The position numbers and the translations under genes are program-made. A stretch of DNA of 64,000 bases from Marsupella aquatica (taxonomy: Eukaryota; Plantae; Marchantiophyta): contig OZ316895.1 of the NCBI GenBank assembly GCA_973895155.1, forward strand, positions 13,255,186 through 13,319,185. The letters are read 5' to 3'. The notes below the pieces were generated by a model that saw nothing but the letters and a program-made list of their open reading frames with translations, was not told the origin of the DNA and made no database searches. Positions within the stretch are counted from its first letter, which is position 1. Every line of letters begins with the position of its first letter. Positions 59,910 to 64,000 of this stretch are shown in pieces.

Positions 59910-60700
59910 CTGTACAAGATGGTTGTTCAGTGCTGGAATTCTGCCGGAAATATCAATCATAGCAGCACGGATCCCGGTAACTAGGTTACTTGCGAACGTC
60001 GGCTTGCGGAAGTCCATGTCAAATAACGACAAGACTATCTCCCTACGGAATTTCTCAATTTGATCCGCGGCAAAATTAATTATGTTTCCTTGACACAAGC
60101 ACTTGGCGTATCTCAAGATAAACACACCACAATTGTGGCCGTCACTCTGGTGAGGAATATCATTCCGATATATCCGTTCCCAACCTGAGAGATCCAAGTT
60201 GACACCAGTTCTCCAGCCAATTTCATCGGCGTAGTACTTCCCAACAATATCTAGCACCCCAGGATTCTGTCGATTATGAACTAGAGAATCTAGGTACTCC
60301 AGCCGTTTCTCCTTCGGATACAAGACTACCAATGACCAATGTTCTTTCACAGCATTGTGTACTGGAAAGACCAGTTTGTCGTATTCACTGATTTTTAGCG
60401 GAAACTCCTTTGTCCAAGCCGCCCTCTCCTTGTCAAAAATGGTAGGATCCATGGAGAGAAGCTCAAAATGGTGTGTTTGGAAGAATTTAACAAGGTCTGA
60501 CTTTCCAACTCTATCGAGAATCAGTTCGAGAAAACTCAAATAAGCGTTAATTATATCATCGGTGAGCAACTCGCGCGGTCTCAAACACATCATATGTTTC
60601 CTCTTGATCGAGTGTTGTAAGAACTTGGTCAATAGCTCTTTCATATCCTTAGAAGGATCAAGGCATTGATCTATTCGACTAGCCAAATTTTCAAAAAACT
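59910..60700 (-). CDS. Ulp1/C48 SUMO-protease domain exon
   Basis: LTDDIINAYL, LVFPVH...EHWSLVV (His), YLDSL (Asp), PHQSDGHNCGVFI (oxyanion Gln, catalytic Cys); the triad is intact. Confidence 0.9.
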
Positions 60701-61729
60701 GCAAAAAACAGAGATTTTAGTACGCCTTCAAATAACGTACTGAGGTTGTAGCCTAAGGGTTGTAGCCTCAGAAAACAGAAACAATAACAGATCAATAATA
60801 AAATAATGACGTCTATAATAGAAACTTTAAGCTTATAGCTTGTGAATGACCTTTGGATTGGGTGGATCCGGCCTTTATCGCAGCTGATCTCTTGGGTGCC
60901 TCAATCGCAACAACATCCTTCAGCCCTCCTCGAGACCGCAGTGATCGCTCCACCGGACCAGTTTGCGAAGGTTGGAGCGATGAGGTGGGAAGACCTTCAA
61001 ATGGTTGTGGCATTTGATTCAAATATTCCACAATCTGGGAATCCAATTCCAAAATATCCGGTGCCACAATTTCTGCGCGAGTCACCTCTGCAATATATCG
61101 GGGTCGAGACCACGAACCCGGTCGCGTCAAGTCAGCTATTAGTCTCTTAACGACTTGAGCCGAGTCTGGTGCCAAAAACGTTCCCAGGTCTTGCACTCGA
61201 TTCTCGGAAAAGCGCACATTATTGATTATTGTCTCCATTCTGAATGCCGTGGCAGTCTTCTCCTCGGTAATCAAAAGACCCTTCCAATATTGCAAAGCAA
61301 GGACTGCCTGGACTCGGAGCTGCTCCGGTGAATATTTATTCCAATCATCCAACGAGACCGTACTTAAGGGTGGATCGTTAAATTCAAACTCCGGGCGAAG
61401 AAAATAGTCTAATATTTTCTTCTTAACTGCAACTGAGGGTGAAGAAGGCTTCTTCAAATTCAGCCTTATTTTTGGTAGACATTGTGCCTCAGGACTAAGC
61501 GAAAGATCCTTGGCCCTCTCGGCCTCCTTCCTCGCTGCCTCCAGTCTTGCGGTTTCTTCTCTCTCCAGTCTTGCCGAATCGACCTTTTCCGCCTCCAACT
61601 TCTCCGCCTCCACCCTCTCCGGTCTTGCGGTCTCGTCCGCCATCCTCTCGGCCAGCAGCCTCTCAGCCGCCACACTCTCCGCCTTGGCCCTATTTTCCTC
61701 TGTCACTAAAAGGACTCTCGCAGCCTCCG

Positions 61730-62310
61730 AGTTCTCGGCCTCCGCTTTCTCCGCTTGGGCTTTCTCAGCCTGGGCTTTCTCCGCCTCCGCTTTCTCTGCC
61801 CCCGCTTTCTCAGCCTCCGCTTTCTCAGCCTGGGCTTTCTCAGCCTCCGCTTTCTCCGCCTGGGCTTTCTCAGTCTGGGCTTTCTCAGCCTGGGCTTTCT
61901 CGGCATCTGCTTTCTCTGCTTGGGCTTTCTCGGCATCCGCTTTCTCCACCTGGGCTTTCTCAGCCTGGGCTTTCTCAGCCTCGGCTTTCTCCTTCTTCGC
62001 GGTAGTTGCTTTTCTAGCTGCTGCCTTTTTCTTCTTAACCTCCTTCTTTTGAAGCTCCTCTTGCCGGGCCGCCTCCTGCCGGGCCGCCTCCTTCTTTTGA
62101 AGCTCCTCTTTCCGGGCCGCCTCCTGCCGGGCCTCCTCTAGTCGGGCCGCCTCCTGCCTGGCCTCCTCCTGCCGGGCCGCCTCCTGCCGAGCCGCCTCCT
62201 GCCGGGCCTCCTCCTACCGGGCCTCCTCCTGCCGGGCCGCCTCCTCTCTGGCCTCCTCCTGCCGGGCCGCCTCCTCTTTGGCCTCCTCCTGCCGGGCAGC
62301 CTCCTCTCGG
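61730..62310 (-). repeat. Coding minisatellites: 15-bp (EKAQA/EKAEA) and 15-18-bp (EEAARQ/EEARQ) units
   Basis: gctttctcagcctgg-like units at 61735-61990 and gcctcctcctgccgggcc-like units at 62060-62305. Confidence 0.9.
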
Positions 62311-64000
62311 TCCACCTCATGTCGAGGCTCCTGTGTGGCCTCTTCATCAGAGTCCTCAGCGTCCTCGGAACCCTCCATCTCCTCGTCCTCTTCATCAGCG
62401 TTCTCAGCGTCCTTCATCTCCTCTCCGTCACTCTCTTCATCTCCTCTATTGTCGAAATCTCCGACGTGGTTCTGCGTATCGGTCATCCACTCTGGATCTT
62501 GGTCATTGACATCCCCATCCGCGTCACCTTCCGCGTCATCTTCCCCCTGACCATCCGCATCACCATTGCTCCCTGCATCCTCAACATTGAAGCCGCAGTT
62601 GACTTGATCTGAATAAAATCAGATCATTTGATAAGAATGACTCACGCGCATATTCGCGTGAAAAGAAATGTTATGAATGTCCACGCGCATGTTCGCGTGA
62701 CGCAATAAAAAGTAAGAGGTTTCAAAAGTAACTTACCTTGGATTGGCCCACTAGGGTACTCCGTTGGTCGAATGTACAATCGATTGGAATCTTCAGAGAG
62801 TGCATACTCTTGCAATAATTGATTGCAAATATTATCAGGGAAATGTTGTTCGTGGAGGACATCCAAAACATCAGCCCTGAGAGCAGTTACGGATGGATGG
62901 TACTTCATTAATTTATCTATACATTTTTCTATACTAGCCCATACTGGGTCAATCAATGACAACGTTGTATCAATTGTCGCCGTGGTGTGTTGCAAGAAAC
63001 AAGACAACTCCCTATGCGTTGCCACAGGGCAATAATATTTTACATTGGATCCAGCATCCTGTAAAAAAAGCCAAAATTAGTTCACAATATTAATTGAGAA
63101 TAAAATAATCTAAATAATCTTAAAATCGAAACCCCAAAATATAAATCTCAAAACTTACCATTAAGCACTGGATCAAGTTCGTTCCCTCACCGAAGCATAT
63201 AGCCCATTCCCCACATTGGACGAATTGACTAACAATACTTTCAAAGAATGGAAGTATCTTTTCTGGGGAAGGTGTCGTGAACTCGCCGCTCTCTTCAAAA
63301 TTGGCTATCTTCTCAATCTGATATTTGGAGACCAATTGGAACTCGAGGGCTTGTGGATCGCCCATTGTGCTAAAGGCCAAGCTGTGAAAAGCGTAGGTTA
63401 CAATAAGCTTCTTCTCCTTTGGCCGCTTCTGAATATAATGGCTATCGACATCAACGTAGTGTGTGTACTTCCCTAATTCCCGTTTGATTAAGTAAGACTC
63501 AACGGGAGAGGCTACAATAATAACCACATGTTGTGGTTTTGCCCATATCTCGCTAGTAGCACGAAATAACCCCTCATAGAATGAGCAATTTGGCGGACGC
63601 AAATCTCCCATTGATGAGGGATCAAAATAAATCAAGCTCGCAAGGTTCTTGTCTTCACGTATGATACAGTCTGCAAACCCAGCATTTTGTATATCCTGTA
63701 GGGATTGCAATTTCAGCCTCTCACCGACCGGCCGCACTAGTTGGTTTCCTTGACTATCAACTGATTTCTGTATTCCTTCAACCAACCTGTAGAATATAGG
63801 GTCGATCTCCTTCAACAAATTATCATTACTAATATTTACATTTAAGCACTTCTTCAGATAACCACTCAACGCATCTCTCAACTGCTTCAGCACCATCTTG
63901 TCGAGCTTAAAGCGATCAATCATTCCTTTGACCCGCAATTTCCGCGCTGAATCTGTCAGACTTTTTAGCTCCGTCCGGGTGGATGTTTCCCCATTGAGTT

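Larger units (their letters stand above)
57334..64000 (-). pseudogene. Multi-exon, probably transposon-borne gene: MTase-like fold - acidic/coiled-coil repeats - Ulp1 protease - 3x FCP1-like HAD domains; 5' end beyond the window
   Basis: Frame-preserving GT-AG introns at 63059-63158, 62609-62736 and 59824-59909; others likely near 60700-60850, 58793-58920 and 58050-58133. In-frame TAG stops at 62214, 59695 and 58215. The frame is open to position 64000. Confidence 0.65.

Noticed and set aside
61466-62612. Arg/Pro-rich, Ser/Ala-rich and Leu/Phe-rich ORFs
   Set aside because: Alternative frames of the coding minisatellites.

Overview
Eukaryotic, land-plant DNA; gene style suggests a bryophyte such as a liverwort (inference). 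Two intact host genes, both on the minus strand: a BAHD acyltransferase of the HCT clade (7.7-9.8 kb) and a 16-exon PPi-dependent phosphofructokinase beta subunit (46.3-52.7 kb). Between them is a nested transposon block. A Bianca-type Ty1/copia element (16733-35675, CCTAA target-site duplication [TSD], ~104-bp LTRs) carries two insertions: a 3.4-kb non-coding element in its RT, and a 9.1-kb Ty3/gypsy-like element splitting its 3' LTR. The gypsy-like element is the main discovery candidate. One reading frame encodes Gag - protease - DNMT3-like cytosine methyltransferase - RT - RNase H - integrase - PHD finger. It has a 4-bp TSD and TGTC...GACA ends but no detectable LTR pair. A second candidate lies at the right edge: a spliced, partly pseudogenised, probably transposon-borne gene combining a degenerate beta-class N4/N6-methyltransferase-like domain, coiled-coil repeats, an Ulp1 SUMO protease and three FCP1-like HAD domains. 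Its introns carry a repeated ACGCG-N6-CGCGT palindrome. The rest is LINE, Pif1/Helitron, MITE, foldback and SINE-like debris. All domain calls are by-eye motif recognition; no database searches were run.
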